Part shown: one piece after another, positions 1 through 8,823 of the stretch
Numbering within the stretch: the first letter of the stretch is position 1
Layout: every line of letters begins with the position of its first letter
Assembly (NCBI GenBank): GCA_017501355.1
Contig: JAFVXA010000012.1
Coordinates: 3,688 to 67,687, forward strand
Origin: Oscillospiraceae bacterium
GTDB taxonomy: Bacteria > Bacillota > Clostridia > Oscillospirales > Oscillospiraceae
Direction: 5' to 3'
DNA: 64,000 nucleotides
Notes under the pieces: model-generated
What the model was told of the DNA's origin: nothing
Seen by the model: only the letters and a program-made list of their open reading frames with translations
Databases searched by the model: none
Translations under genes and position numbers: made by a program

Positions 1-1173
1 CTTCACTACGTCCTCTGCCAGCTTCTTGGGGGTCTTGCGGTCGGTGAAGAAGGACCGACCACGGCGGAAGGAACGAAGCATCATGTTGTCCGTCAGATCC
101 ATGTTGGCAACGAGACCCATACCGAGACGATCCTCCGGCACGAAGGACAGGGCAACACCCTTGTCGGCGATCGCCTGCGGGTCTTTGCCGATCAGTTCCT
201 CTTTCGTGCCGTTGTCGTTGATATAGATCACGCTGCCGCTCTCTGTCGGCTGCAGACCCGCGATCGCCTCCAGCAGTTCCTTCTGACCGCAGCCGGAAAT
301 ACCCGCAATGCCGAGGATCTCGCCGCTGTTGATGGTAAAGGACACGTCATCCAGCTTGAGCACCCCCTCCTCGCTGCGGACGGTGAGGTTCTTCACCTCC
401 ACGCGGGGCTTGGGGTCCACAGGCTCGGGACGCTCAATGTTGAGCGTCACAGGATGCCCCACCATCATGTTGGTCATCTCCTGGGCGCTGCTCTCTCTGG
501 TGGGCATATCGCCGATGAACTGCCCCTGTCGCAGCACTGCCACGCGATCCGACAGATCCTCCACCTCATGGAGCTTGTGGGTGATGATGACGATTGCCTT
601 ACCATCATTGCGCATATTGCGCAGAACCGCAAACAGCTTGTCCGTCTCCTGCGGAGTCAGCACGGCGGTGGGCTCATCGAGGATGAGGATATCCGCACCA
701 CGGTAGAGCACCTTCACGATCTCCACGGTCTGCTTCTGAGAAACAGACATATTGTAGATCTTCTCATCGGGGTCTACATCGAAACCATAAGCATCGCAGA
801 TCTCGCGGACACGGGTCTTGACCTTTTCCAGATCCAGACGCTTGCCGTCATGCAGACCCAGCACAATGTTCTCCGCCGCGGTCAGAACGTCCACCAGCTT
901 GAAGTGCTGATGGATCATGCCGATTTTCAAATCAAACGCATCCTTGGGAGAGCGGATCAGCACCTCCTTGTCGTCGATGAAGATCTGTCCCTCGTCGGGA
1001 AAGTAGATGCCGGAGAGCATATTCATCAGCGTAGTCTTGCCGCTGCCGTTTTCGCCCAGCAGCGCAAGGATCTCACCCTGATAAATGTCCAGCCACACGC
1101 GGTCATTCGCCAACACCGGACCAAAGCGCTTGGTGATATTGCGCATCTTGACTCTTGCAACCTTATTTTCCAA
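1..1173 (-). CDS. ABC transporter ATP-binding protein with two ABC domains (nucleoside/simple-sugar uptake type); C-terminal part lies beyond the window edge
   Basis: Absent from the ORF track because it is open at the window edge. Hand translation of the minus strand gives MRNITKRFGPVLANDRVWLDIYQGEILALLGENGSGKTTLMN (Walker A), ILILDEPTA (Walker B) and a second Walker A GISGCGQKE. TTG 1173 lies 8 nt after GGAG; ATG 1146 is an alternative start. Downstream of the BMP lipoprotein gene. Confidence 0.85.
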   Translation of the reverse strand, partial: MENKVARVKMRNITKRFGPVLANDRVWLDIYQGEILALLGENGSGKTTLMNMLSGIYFPDEGQIFIDDKEVLIRSPKDAFDLKIGMIHQHFKLVDVLTAAENIVLGLHDGKRLDLEKVKTRVREICDAYGFDVDPDEKIYNMSVSQKQTVEIVKVLYRGADILILDEPTAVLTPQETDKLFAVLRNMRNDGKAIVIITHKLHEVEDLSDRVAVLRQGQFIGDMPTRESSAQEMTNMMVGHPVTLNIERPEPVDPKPRVEVKNLTVRSEEGVLKLDDVSFTINSGEILGIAGISGCGQKELLEAIAGLQPTESGSVIYINDNGTKEELIGKDPQAIADKGVALSFVPEDRLGMGLVANMDLTDNMMLRSFRRGRSFFTDRKTPKKLAEDVVK

Positions 1174-1232
1174 TCGTTTCACTCCTATTCACACACAAAT
1201 ACGGACTTCTACTAAAAATACATAATACTGCA

Positions 1233-1318
1233 AAGGGCAATCCGGCGGCGAACGGTCGCCGCACTGCCCTTCACAGCAATATGGTAAGAGGAAGTCCCGG
1301 CATAACGCCGGGACTTCC
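1233..1318 (-). other. Two intercistronic stem-loops between the binding-protein gene and the ATPase gene (possible partial terminator or mRNA stabiliser)
   Basis: 12-bp hairpin GGAAGTCCCGGC/GCCGGGACTTCC (1290-1318). Compound hairpin AAGGGCA..GCGGCGA/TCGCCGC..TGCCCTT (1233-1271). No clean U-run follows either. Confidence 0.4.
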
Positions 1319-1339
1319 CGGAAAAAACTTGATTCTGAA

Positions 1340-2614
1340 TTAGAATGCGGTATCCAGCAGGGAGATGCCGTCGATCTGCAGATCGAATGCGGGAGCGCTG
1401 CGATAGAGAGACTCCTGGAATGCGCCATCCTTGATGACCTCAGTCTCGCCGGTCAGATCGCCCCAGTCGTTGATGTCAGCAGCATAGCTCTCCAGCTTCT
1501 TGCCTTCAACGGTGAAGGTATCGGTGTCAAAGACATGGCGGGTGCCGTTGATCAGCTCAGCCTTCACCTCTTCGATCTTCTCAACAGTACCTTCTGCAGC
1601 AACTGCCTCGTTGATCTCGGTCAGCTGCACTGCACCGTTAGCGATAGTACCGGTCCAGTCTGCGTTGATCTTCTCGCCCTTGGCAACACGGCCGATCATG
1701 ACCTGCATGTAGGGAGTCCACTCAATGCGGGAAGACACGATGAAGGTGTTGGGGCAAGCGGAAAGGGTGGAACCGTTGTAGGACACGTTGGGGACACCTG
1801 CGGTCTCGCAAGCGGTGGGAGCGCCCATGGAGTCAGCATGCTGGCTGATGAGCTTGCAGCCGTTGGCGATGAGCTTGTTAGCGCCTTCCTTCTCAGCGGT
1901 CTCGTCATACCAGGAACCGGTGAAGGTGACCTCCATGGTGACGGTGGGGCAGACGGAACGTGCGCCCAGGAAGAACGAGGTGTAACCGGACACCACTTCT
2001 GCGTAGGTGAATGCGCCGACATAGCCGATCTTAGCCTCTTCAGCAGTGAACTCGCCAGCAGCGATCATCTCGTTCAGCTTCATACCGGCAGCAACACCTG
2101 CGAGGTAACGGCCTTCATAGATGGAAGCGAACGCATTGTGGAAATTGGGCAGGTTCTCGGTGTGAGCGCGAACGCCGGTAGCGTGGCAGAACTCAACCTC
2201 GGGGAACTCCTTGGCAGCCTGGATGAGGTAGTCCTCGTGACCGAAGCTGTCTGCGAAAACGATATCGCAGCCTGCGTCAGCCAGCTGAGCAGCAGCCTCG
2301 TAGCACTCCTGACCCTCGGGGATGTTGGTGTGAATCAGATACTCAACACCGATCTCTTCGCAAGCGTTCTTAGCTGCGCGCATGAAGTTGAGGTCATAGG
2401 TGGAGTTCTCGTCATGCAGGAAGATGAAGCCAACCTTCATCTCTGCAATCTTGGCAGGATCGAGAGTGGTGATATCAACGGTATCGGAGTTGTTGTCAAA
2501 CACAACGCTTGCGTCGCGGTCTGCATTGTCCTCCTCGACAGTTTCACCACCGCCGCAAGCGACGAGGCTTAGGCTCATCACCAGAGCCAGAATCAGTGCA
2601 AGAAACTTCTTCAT
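1340..2614 (-). CDS. BMP-family (Med/PnrA-like) ABC substrate-binding lipoprotein, probably nucleoside-binding
   Basis: ORF 1340..2623. Signal peptide with lipobox LSLVAC-GGG and a BMP-family body. Start is ambiguous: TTG 2623 is only 3 nt after GGAGG, ATG 2614 is 12 nt after it. Confidence 0.85.
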   Translation of the reverse strand: MKKFLALILALVMSLSLVACGGGETVEEDNADRDASVVFDNNSDTVDITTLDPAKIAEMKVGFIFLHDENSTYDLNFMRAAKNACEEIGVEYLIHTNIPEGQECYEAAAQLADAGCDIVFADSFGHEDYLIQAAKEFPEVEFCHATGVRAHTENLPNFHNAFASIYEGRYLAGVAAGMKLNEMIAAGEFTAEEAKIGYVGAFTYAEVVSGYTSFFLGARSVCPTVTMEVTFTGSWYDETAEKEGANKLIANGCKLISQHADSMGAPTACETAGVPNVSYNGSTLSACPNTFIVSSRIEWTPYMQVMIGRVAKGEKINADWTGTIANGAVQLTEINEAVAAEGTVEKIEEVKAELINGTRHVFDTDTFTVEGKKLESYAADINDWGDLTGETEVIKDGAFQESLYRSAPAFDLQIDGISLLDTAF

Positions 2615-2748
2615 TGTAATCAATTTCCTCCTATATAGTGATTCGGTTTCTTATATAATCCACGTGTGATACACGATAGATCCTGTATTGTTTACTCTGC
2701 AGAAAAGCAGAGTGCCGCGCACTCCCCTTCTCCCCCTCGGGAAAAGAG

Positions 2749-3321
2749 TCACGCGCGGAACTGAATGCTATGATCATCCATGCTGTCGATCACTGCAAGA
2801 GACTCCACATGGATGCCTTTTTCACGCAGAGCGTCGCCACCGCCCTGAAAACCCTTTTCAATGGCTGCGCTGACGCCCACCAGAGTTGCCCCTGCTTCGT
2901 CCACCATCTGCATCAGACCCTTTACTGCGTTGCCGCAGGCAAGGAAATCATCCACGATGAGCACGCGGTCATCAGCAGTGAGATAGTCACGGCTGATCAT
3001 GATGGTATAGGACTTCTTGTGGGTATAGGAATAGACCTCTGCGGTGTACATATCGCCGGAGAGGTTTGCGGATGCATGCTTTTTTGCGAAAACGGCAGGA
3101 ACGTGCAGGGCAGCAGCGGCAGTCACCGCAAGGGCAATGCCGCTTGCTTCCACCGTCAACACCTTGTTCACCTGCTCCCCCTCGAACAGTCTTGCGATCT
3201 CCTGACCCATTTCCATCAGAAATTCCACGTCAAGGCGCTGATTCAAAAAGCCGCCGACCTTCACCACATTGCCGGGCAGGATCTTCCCCTCCTGCAGGAT
3301 CTTCTCTTCCAATGCTCTCAT
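2749..3321 (-). CDS. xpt: xanthine phosphoribosyltransferase
   Basis: 190 aa with end-to-end resemblance to Firmicute Xpt. PRPP loop VLIVDDFLACGNA. Confidence 0.9.
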   Translation of the reverse strand: MRALEEKILQEGKILPGNVVKVGGFLNQRLDVEFLMEMGQEIARLFEGEQVNKVLTVEASGIALAVTAAAALHVPAVFAKKHASANLSGDMYTAEVYSYTHKKSYTIMISRDYLTADDRVLIVDDFLACGNAVKGLMQMVDEAGATLVGVSAAIEKGFQGGGDALREKGIHVESLAVIDSMDDHSIQFRA

Positions 3322-3340
3322 ACGTCGCCGCCTTTCTCAT

Positions 3341-3370
3341 AAAAAAACAAAAACAGACCATACAGTCTGT
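3341..3370 (-). terminator. weak terminator-like hairpin plus U-run just upstream of the xpt start (possible attenuator)
   Basis: Minus strand reads ACAGAC-tgtatg-GTCTGT followed by TTTTTGTTTTTTT. The stem is only 6 bp. Confidence 0.4.
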
Positions 3371-3473
3371 GCTTGCAAAAGCATTACACTCTGCGCGGCA
3401 GAGTGTAAAACAGGGGATCCCCTGTTTGGATTGATCTTCAAACATAAAAATCGAAAAAAACTATTGTTTTTAC

Positions 3474-3502
3474 ATCATAAGGCGGTTTCTGTCCTTTGTC
3501 AA
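3474..3502 (-). promoter_or_regulatory. sigma-A-type promoter of xpt
   Basis: Minus strand TTGACA (3502-3497), 17-nt spacer, TATGAT (3479-3474). Predicts a leader of about 145 nt. Confidence 0.6.
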
Positions 3503-3607
3503 CTCAAAAAGAGACGCTTTTCGGCACGTTTTTGCATTTTTGTGTGTTCTCCCAAAGTTAAGGTTTTTTCACCTTTATTTTCAATCTCTCCGTAGTAAAT
3601 TCCACGG

Positions 3608-3643
3608 AAAAAACGACAGCATTTCCCCTTGGAAATGCTGTCG
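3608..3643 (-). terminator. Rho-independent terminator after the EEP gene
   Basis: 13-bp stem CGACAGCATTTCC/GGAAATGCTGTCG followed by TTTTTT on the minus strand. Confidence 0.85.
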
Positions 3644-3676
3644 CAAATGCAGGTATTCTCCCCTCAAAACCGCGCC

Positions 3677-4738
3677 TCAGTCCATGAGAGTAAAGCGAAG
3701 CTCCACAGGGTTATGATCCGACCATGCAAAACCCGTATCGAGCACCCGCACAGGCTCCGTCTCTACATTTTCGGAAACAAGGAATCCATCCACCGTCAGC
3801 ACAAACTGACCCTCGTGATAGGGTGCATCTGCGTTGCGGCAGGACGGAACAGGATGTTCCAGATCGTATTCGGGCACACGAATCCCCGTCCCTGCCATCA
3901 ATTCGGTGGGCAGGGGCTGCGCCCAGGTGTATTCCTCCCCGGATACACCAAAGACTGCACTGCTGTCCCCCAGCATATCCTTGTTGAAATCACCGCCGCA
4001 GACCACATAATTCCCCGCTTCATACTCGCCCTGCATATCCTCCAGCAGCTGCTGCAGCTGTTCAGTCGCCACCGTACCGTCCGAGGTATAGGCGGAGAGG
4101 TGCACTGTATACAGCACCAGCTCCCTGCCGTTTTCCACAGGCACGCGGCAGATGGTATAGCAGCGGTCGAGATCAAGGAATTTATAAAAGTTTTCTTCAA
4201 TGGGTAACTCCACGCGCCGTGCGTCGATCATGGCAAAGCGGCTTGCCGTCAGCATACCCGCCGTAGACTTACCGTGGGGCTCAAGGATGGGATAGAACAG
4301 ATAGGGACTGTCGTAATTCAGGGCAAACACCGTCCCGTAATCCTCCAGAGCCCAGCGCAAGCGGGCACATTCATCCACATGATGGCTGCGGGTGGCATCC
4401 ACGTCCACCTCCTGCACCATGAGGAAATCCGCGTCCTGCGCCTGCAGAAAATCGGCGATCTCCCCCGTCACACGCTCCACAGACTCTTTCGATGCGGCGC
4501 GGCTCTCCGTGCCGCCGTCCATGAAAAAGCCAAAATCCGGCGTGTATGCCGCAAAGCCGATATTATAGGAAATCACGGAATAGGGCGTACCGACCTGCGC
4601 GGTCTCTCCCTCGCCGCTCACAGCGATCACATGATTGCCGATGCGGTGATAATCCACCAGAACATAGATTACATAGGCGCAGACCACAAGCAGAACAGTC
4701 GCCACAGCGCCGAGCAAAATTTTCTTTCCCCGTTTCAT
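3677..4738 (-). CDS. endonuclease/exonuclease/phosphatase (EEP) family protein with N-terminal membrane anchor
   Basis: The ORF-track start (4915) overlaps the upstream gene. ATG 4738 has AGGAG 9 nt upstream and gives MKRGKKILLGAVATVLLVVCAYVIYVL (TM helix). EEP-type motifs MVQEVD, GGDFN and SDHNPV. Confidence 0.75.
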   Translation of the reverse strand: MKRGKKILLGAVATVLLVVCAYVIYVLVDYHRIGNHVIAVSGEGETAQVGTPYSVISYNIGFAAYTPDFGFFMDGGTESRAASKESVERVTGEIADFLQAQDADFLMVQEVDVDATRSHHVDECARLRWALEDYGTVFALNYDSPYLFYPILEPHGKSTAGMLTASRFAMIDARRVELPIEENFYKFLDLDRCYTICRVPVENGRELVLYTVHLSAYTSDGTVATEQLQQLLEDMQGEYEAGNYVVCGGDFNKDMLGDSSAVFGVSGEEYTWAQPLPTELMAGTGIRVPEYDLEHPVPSCRNADAPYHEGQFVLTVDGFLVSENVETEPVRVLDTGFAWSDHNPVELRFTLMD

Positions 4739-4751
4739 ACGCAATGACTCC

Positions 4752-5918
4752 TTACTCCGCCAAAAAGTCCATAGCAGCCTTGGCGTAGAGGGCGGCACCT
4801 TTGGTAAGCACCCCTTCATCAAAGCAGAATTTTCCGTTGTGATTGGGGTAAACGGCATCGCAGCTTTCATCGTAAATACCCACCAGCGCAAAGGCAGAGG
4901 GCACCCGCAGGGCAAACTCAGAGAAGTCCTCGCTGATCATCAGCCGTCCGTTGCTGCGGACATTTTCAACGCCAAACACCTCAGCCGCACTCTCGCGCAG
5001 CTGCTTTGCCCGGGCGGGATCGTTCCATGTTGCCTTGCAGAAACGGCGGTAATCGCAGGTGGCTTTTGCGCGATACGCTGCCGCCGTCCCCTCGGCAATG
5101 CGCTTAACCGCATCCTCGATATGCTCGCGCACATCGTCGCGGTAGGTGCGCACCGTGCCCTCCAGCACGGCGGTGGCAGCAATGGCATTGAACAGCGTCC
5201 CCGCCTCCATTCTGCCGATGGTGACAACGCCCGCCTCCTGCGGATTTGTCTCGCGGCTCACAATGGTCTGCAGGGCTGTCACGATGGCGGCAGCCGTCAC
5301 CACCGCATCCACCGCCGTATGGGGCTGGGAAGCGTGACCGCCCAAGCCCTCCACGTCAATGCGGAACTGATCCGCTGCGGAAAGCACATATTCATCGGGG
5401 ATCAGCACCGTTCCCGCGTCCACCCCCGTCATCAAATGCATACCGAAGCAGGCATCCACGCCCTCCAGCGCACCGTCCTCGATCATGGCAACGGCGCCTG
5501 CCGCCACTTCCTCCGCAGGCTGAAATGCCAGCAGCACACGACCTGCCAGCTCTGCCTTGATCGAATGCAGCGCCATGGCTGCGCCCAGCAGCATAGCGGT
5601 ATGTCCGTCATGTCCGCAGGCGTGCATATAGCCGTTCTTTTCGGACGCGTACTCCACATCCGCCATCTCCTGCACCTTCAGCGCATCCATATCCGCGCGG
5701 AGCAGTACAGTCTTCCCTTCTCTTCCACCGCAGATCTCCGCAAGGATACCCGTTTCGCCGCCGCAGCTGCGGTAAGGGATCCCCATCCGATCCAGCTCCT
5801 GTTTGACCAGCGCACAGGTCTCATGCTCCTGCCACGCCACCTCGGGATTCCGGTGAATCCTGCGCCGCAGCGCCACGATCTCGGGCGCGAAGCGCGCCGT
5901 CAGTTCCAACACGTCCAT
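4752..5918 (-). CDS. M20D-family amidohydrolase (N-acyl / N-carbamoyl-L-amino-acid deacylase type)
   Basis: 388 aa. M20 metal-ligand context (MHACGHDGH, FQPAEE, GGHAS). Confidence 0.85.
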   Translation of the reverse strand: MDVLELTARFAPEIVALRRRIHRNPEVAWQEHETCALVKQELDRMGIPYRSCGGETGILAEICGGREGKTVLLRADMDALKVQEMADVEYASEKNGYMHACGHDGHTAMLLGAAMALHSIKAELAGRVLLAFQPAEEVAAGAVAMIEDGALEGVDACFGMHLMTGVDAGTVLIPDEYVLSAADQFRIDVEGLGGHASQPHTAVDAVVTAAAIVTALQTIVSRETNPQEAGVVTIGRMEAGTLFNAIAATAVLEGTVRTYRDDVREHIEDAVKRIAEGTAAAYRAKATCDYRRFCKATWNDPARAKQLRESAAEVFGVENVRSNGRLMISEDFSEFALRVPSAFALVGIYDESCDAVYPNHNGKFCFDEGVLTKGAALYAKAAMDFLAE

Positions 5919-5933
5919 GCTCGTTCCCCCACC

Positions 5934-6623
5934 TTAGCGATCCACATAGTCAAAGTCCATGTTGCGATAGCGCACCAGCTCGTCTGCCATCTCCGCGCCG
6001 TAGGCTTCCTTGAATGCCTTGAGGGCTTCCGCAGCGATGAGCACACCGTCTGTGAGATAGATGGCAGTCATCACATCGCTGAACACCTTGTAGATATGGG
6101 CGCAGTGGTAGGCGAAATCGCGGACGTTCTCCGCCTTCTTTGCCTCCGGCTTGTCATTTGCAAGACCACCGAGAATATGGCAGCAGTGACCGTGGTCGTG
6201 CATGGTCTGGGTCACGACATAGGACACCGCGGGGTTGAAGCCGCGGGCAATGGACATATCGAGATCCTGGCAGTAAAGGTTCGCACCGTCCTTCAAGCCC
6301 ATCTCCAAATACTGCGCGCTCCAGGGGCAGGCATCATAACGGCGGATCATGTCGTCGCCCTCAAAATGGTCGTGAATACTCTGGGGGAAGTTCTCCTCCC
6401 GGGCTGCATCGGTATAGTTCCACTCACCGTAAGAGCAGTATGTGCCGATGGTCAGGGGCTTACCGTCACGGATGGCGCGCTGCGCCATGCGCCCACCTCT
6501 CTGCTCCGCATAGCGGCGGGAGGCATAGAGAAAAGCATTCTCCCAGCCGGTGGGTGCCTGCTCCTTCAAAATGCGATAAAAGGTGGCAGAAATAAAAGCG
6601 TGATGACGTTCCGTGAAGTTCAT
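5934..6623 (-). CDS. conserved hypothetical protein resembling the L-2-amino-thiazoline-4-carboxylate (ATC) hydrolase family
   Basis: ATG 6623 lies 9 nt after AGGAG (track start is 6659). Cys/His-rich motifs CPW, YCQDLD, GFNP and HDHGHCCH. The family assignment is from memory of PF14196-type proteins. Confidence 0.5.
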   Translation of the reverse strand: MNFTERHHAFISATFYRILKEQAPTGWENAFLYASRRYAEQRGGRMAQRAIRDGKPLTIGTYCSYGEWNYTDAAREENFPQSIHDHFEGDDMIRRYDACPWSAQYLEMGLKDGANLYCQDLDMSIARGFNPAVSYVVTQTMHDHGHCCHILGGLANDKPEAKKAENVRDFAYHCAHIYKVFSDVMTAIYLTDGVLIAAEALKAFKEAYGAEMADELVRYRNMDFDYVDR

Positions 6624-6712
6624 AGTGTAGCTCTCCTTTTCGGGTATGTTGATCTGCATGGAGCAGTCCTTTGTTTCGATACCGTTATCATATCATATTT
6701 GTTCATGGACGG

Positions 6713-6754
6713 AAACAAAAAAATTCTTCGGGGGTGCACAAAGCACCCCCGAAG
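6713..6754 (-). terminator. Rho-independent terminator after cstA
   Basis: 12-bp GC-rich stem CTTCGGGGGTGC/GCACCCCCGAAG followed by AATTTTTTTGTTT on the minus strand. Confidence 0.85.
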
Positions 6755-6773
6755 ATGAGCAAACAAGATGTAA

Positions 6774-8225
6774 TTAGTCCACCACAGCAGGCTGAGCAGC
6801 GTAGGGCTTGATCTTCTTGTTGAACACGCAGAAGAATGCGATAGCCACAACAACACCAACCACCAGACCGATGGGATAGTAAGCAGAGAACTCCATACCC
6901 AGAGCCTTCCACAGAATGCCGAGGCACTCGGGAGCGACAGTGAAGTAGGTCATGGAAACTGCGGACATGAAGGTTGCGGGGACAGCGCAGATCCAGTAGT
7001 TCTTGTGCTTCTGAGCCAGATACACAGCAGCAGCCCACAGCATGATCATTGCCAGGGTCTGGTTGCACCAGGAGAAGTATCTCCAAACCATGGAGTAGTC
7101 AACATGGCAGATGACAACACCGATAGCCAGCAGAGGAACGGTAACCAGCAGACGGTTCTTGATGGTGTGCTGGTCGATCTTCAGCCAGTCAGAGATGGTG
7201 AGACGAGCGGAGCGGTAAGCAGTGTCACCGGAGGAGATGGGGCAAGCAACGACACCGACCAGAGCCAGCAGACCGCCGACCTTGCCGAGAGCTGCGTTGC
7301 AGATCTCATAGACAGCAGCACTGGACATACCGGATGCCTGTAGAGCTTCCTTGGTCTCGTAGAAGGTAACACCTGCTGCGCACCAAACCAGAGCGATGAC
7401 GCCTTCCATGACCATTGCACCGTAGAACACGCGGCGGCCCATCTTCTCGCTCTTGCAGCAACGAGCCATCATGGGAGACTGGGTTGCATGGAAGCCGGAG
7501 ATTGCACCGCAAGCGATGGAGATGAACATGAAGGACCAGATGGGAGTGCCGGTGGGATGCATGTTGTAGAAGCTATCCCACAGTTCGGGCATCTGATAGT
7601 TACCGGAGAACAGCAGAGAACCGCCGACACCAGCAGCCATGATCATCAGGCAGATACCGAAGATGGGGTAGAGCTTACCGATGACCTTGTCAATGGGAAC
7701 GAAAGTAGCAACAAAGTAGTAAACGATGACAACCCACATCCAGAACTTGCTGTCCAGATGGCCGGGAGTCAGCATTGCCAGCAGGCCTGCAGGGCCGAGG
7801 GTAAACACGACACCGCACATGACAAGCAGGATGACAGAGAACACACGCATGACCTGCAGCATAGTCTTGCCGAGGTACTTACCGGTCATCTCGGACACGG
7901 ATGCACCCTTGTTACGCATGGACATCATACCGCACATAAAGTCATGCACAGCACCGGCAAAGATGTTACCGAAGATGATCCACAGATAAGCGACGGGGCC
8001 AAACAGAGCGCCGCCCAGAGCACCGAAGATAGGACCGGTACCGGCGATGTTCAGCAGCTGGATCAGGAACACCTTCCAGGTAGGCATAGCAACGTAGTCA
8101 ACGCCGTCTGCCAGAGTGATAGCAGGGGTCTCACGGTCATCGGGATCGAAGACCTTAGTCACAAACTTACCGTACAGCGCATAGCCGACGACCAGGAATG
8201 CGACGCAAAGCAAAAAAGTTATCAT
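6774..8225 (-). CDS. cstA: carbon starvation protein A family transporter (peptide/pyruvate uptake)
   Basis: 483 aa, polytopic. CstA-type N-terminus with LLNIAGTGPIFGALGGALFGP. Confidence 0.9.
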   Translation of the reverse strand: MITFLLCVAFLVVGYALYGKFVTKVFDPDDRETPAITLADGVDYVAMPTWKVFLIQLLNIAGTGPIFGALGGALFGPVAYLWIIFGNIFAGAVHDFMCGMMSMRNKGASVSEMTGKYLGKTMLQVMRVFSVILLVMCGVVFTLGPAGLLAMLTPGHLDSKFWMWVVIVYYFVATFVPIDKVIGKLYPIFGICLMIMAAGVGGSLLFSGNYQMPELWDSFYNMHPTGTPIWSFMFISIACGAISGFHATQSPMMARCCKSEKMGRRVFYGAMVMEGVIALVWCAAGVTFYETKEALQASGMSSAAVYEICNAALGKVGGLLALVGVVACPISSGDTAYRSARLTISDWLKIDQHTIKNRLLVTVPLLAIGVVICHVDYSMVWRYFSWCNQTLAMIMLWAAAVYLAQKHKNYWICAVPATFMSAVSMTYFTVAPECLGILWKALGMEFSAYYPIGLVVGVVVAIAFFCVFNKKIKPYAAQPAVVD

Positions 8226-8272
8226 TTGTTTCCTCTCCTTTTTTACAAATTTTTAGCGTTTGCTCGTATGCT

Positions 8273-8300
8273 ATTATACTGATTTTACGATAAATTTCAA
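8273..8300 (-). promoter_or_regulatory. sigma-A-type promoter of cstA
   Basis: Minus strand TTGAAA (8300-8295), 16-nt spacer, TATAAT (8278-8273), in AT-rich DNA. Confidence 0.55.
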
Positions 8301-8361
8301 CGTGTTTGTGAAAGATTTAATTATAAGTTTTTATCTATAATCCTGATAACATTTTTGTGCA

Positions 8362-8397
8362 ACAAAAAAGCATGACAGTTGAAAAACTGCCATGCTT
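8362..8397 (-). terminator. Rho-independent terminator ending the pyr operon
   Basis: 13-bp stem (one G-U pair) AAGCATGGCAGTT/AACTGTCATGCTT followed by TTTTTTG on the minus strand. Confidence 0.8.
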
Positions 8398-8409
8398 TTC
8401 CAGTTCATT

Positions 8410-8823
8410 TTAAGCCTCGCTCTCGCAGTAAATGCAGCGATACACGCGCTTTTCCCTGTTCGCCAGACGGAACTCATGGGCAAGCTCCTGCTCCACAGAG
8501 GTGATGCAGCGGGGGTTCCTGCACTGCACCACATTCACAAGACGCTCGGGCAGCTCCAGTTCCTCACTCACAACCACTTCGCCGCCTTTGATCACGCTCA
8601 CTGTCACGCCGGGGGCAATGTAGCTCAGCTTATCCAGATCCAGATCAATGATTTTATCAAACTTGATCACATCCTTGTGACCCATAGCGGCACTGGTCGC
8701 GTTGTGGAGCACGATGACCATTGCATCCAGCTTATCCAGTTCCAGTGCATGATAGATTTCCTCACCCTGTCCCACCTTGATGTGGTCGATCACGATGCCG
8801 TTTACGATATCACCGATAATCAT
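8410..8823 (-). CDS. pyrI: aspartate carbamoyltransferase regulatory subunit
   Basis: 137 aa. C-terminal zinc domain CRNPRC...CIYC. Overlaps pyrB by 4 nt. Confidence 0.9.
   Translation of the reverse strand: MIIGDIVNGIVIDHIKVGQGEEIYHALELDKLDAMVIVLHNATSAAMGHKDVIKFDKIIDLDLDKLSYIAPGVTVSVIKGGEVVVSEELELPERLVNVVQCRNPRCITSVEQELAHEFRLANREKRVYRCIYCESEA

Noticed and set aside
3322-3467. Expected guanine/purine riboswitch in front of xpt.
   Set aside because: I looked for the P1-J1/2(UAUAAU)-P2-J2/3-P3-J3/1 layout and the 7-nt loops, and could not place them. The structured leader is reported as unclassified instead.
3677-4915. N-terminally extended ORF-track models for several genes: EEP 4915, purE 18339, purD 24869, purL 26187, carB 16627, pyrC 17941, yicC 58185, YugP-like 52233, cdaR 61480, addB 45420, kinase 32089.
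   Set aside because: The extensions overlap upstream genes, terminators or promoters and lack an RBS. Internal starts have good SD spacing and restore canonical N-termini.
4839-6758. Other long antisense ORFs: 4839-6758, 10146-11861, 21165-22232, 23514-24734, 24788-26212, 36011-38077, 40214-42082, 43528-45348, 53640-55712 and 56959-58413.
   Set aside because: Each lies opposite a confidently identified gene and crosses gene boundaries. None has a ribosome-binding site or family motifs, and all show the skewed composition typical of shadow ORFs in GC3-rich genomes.
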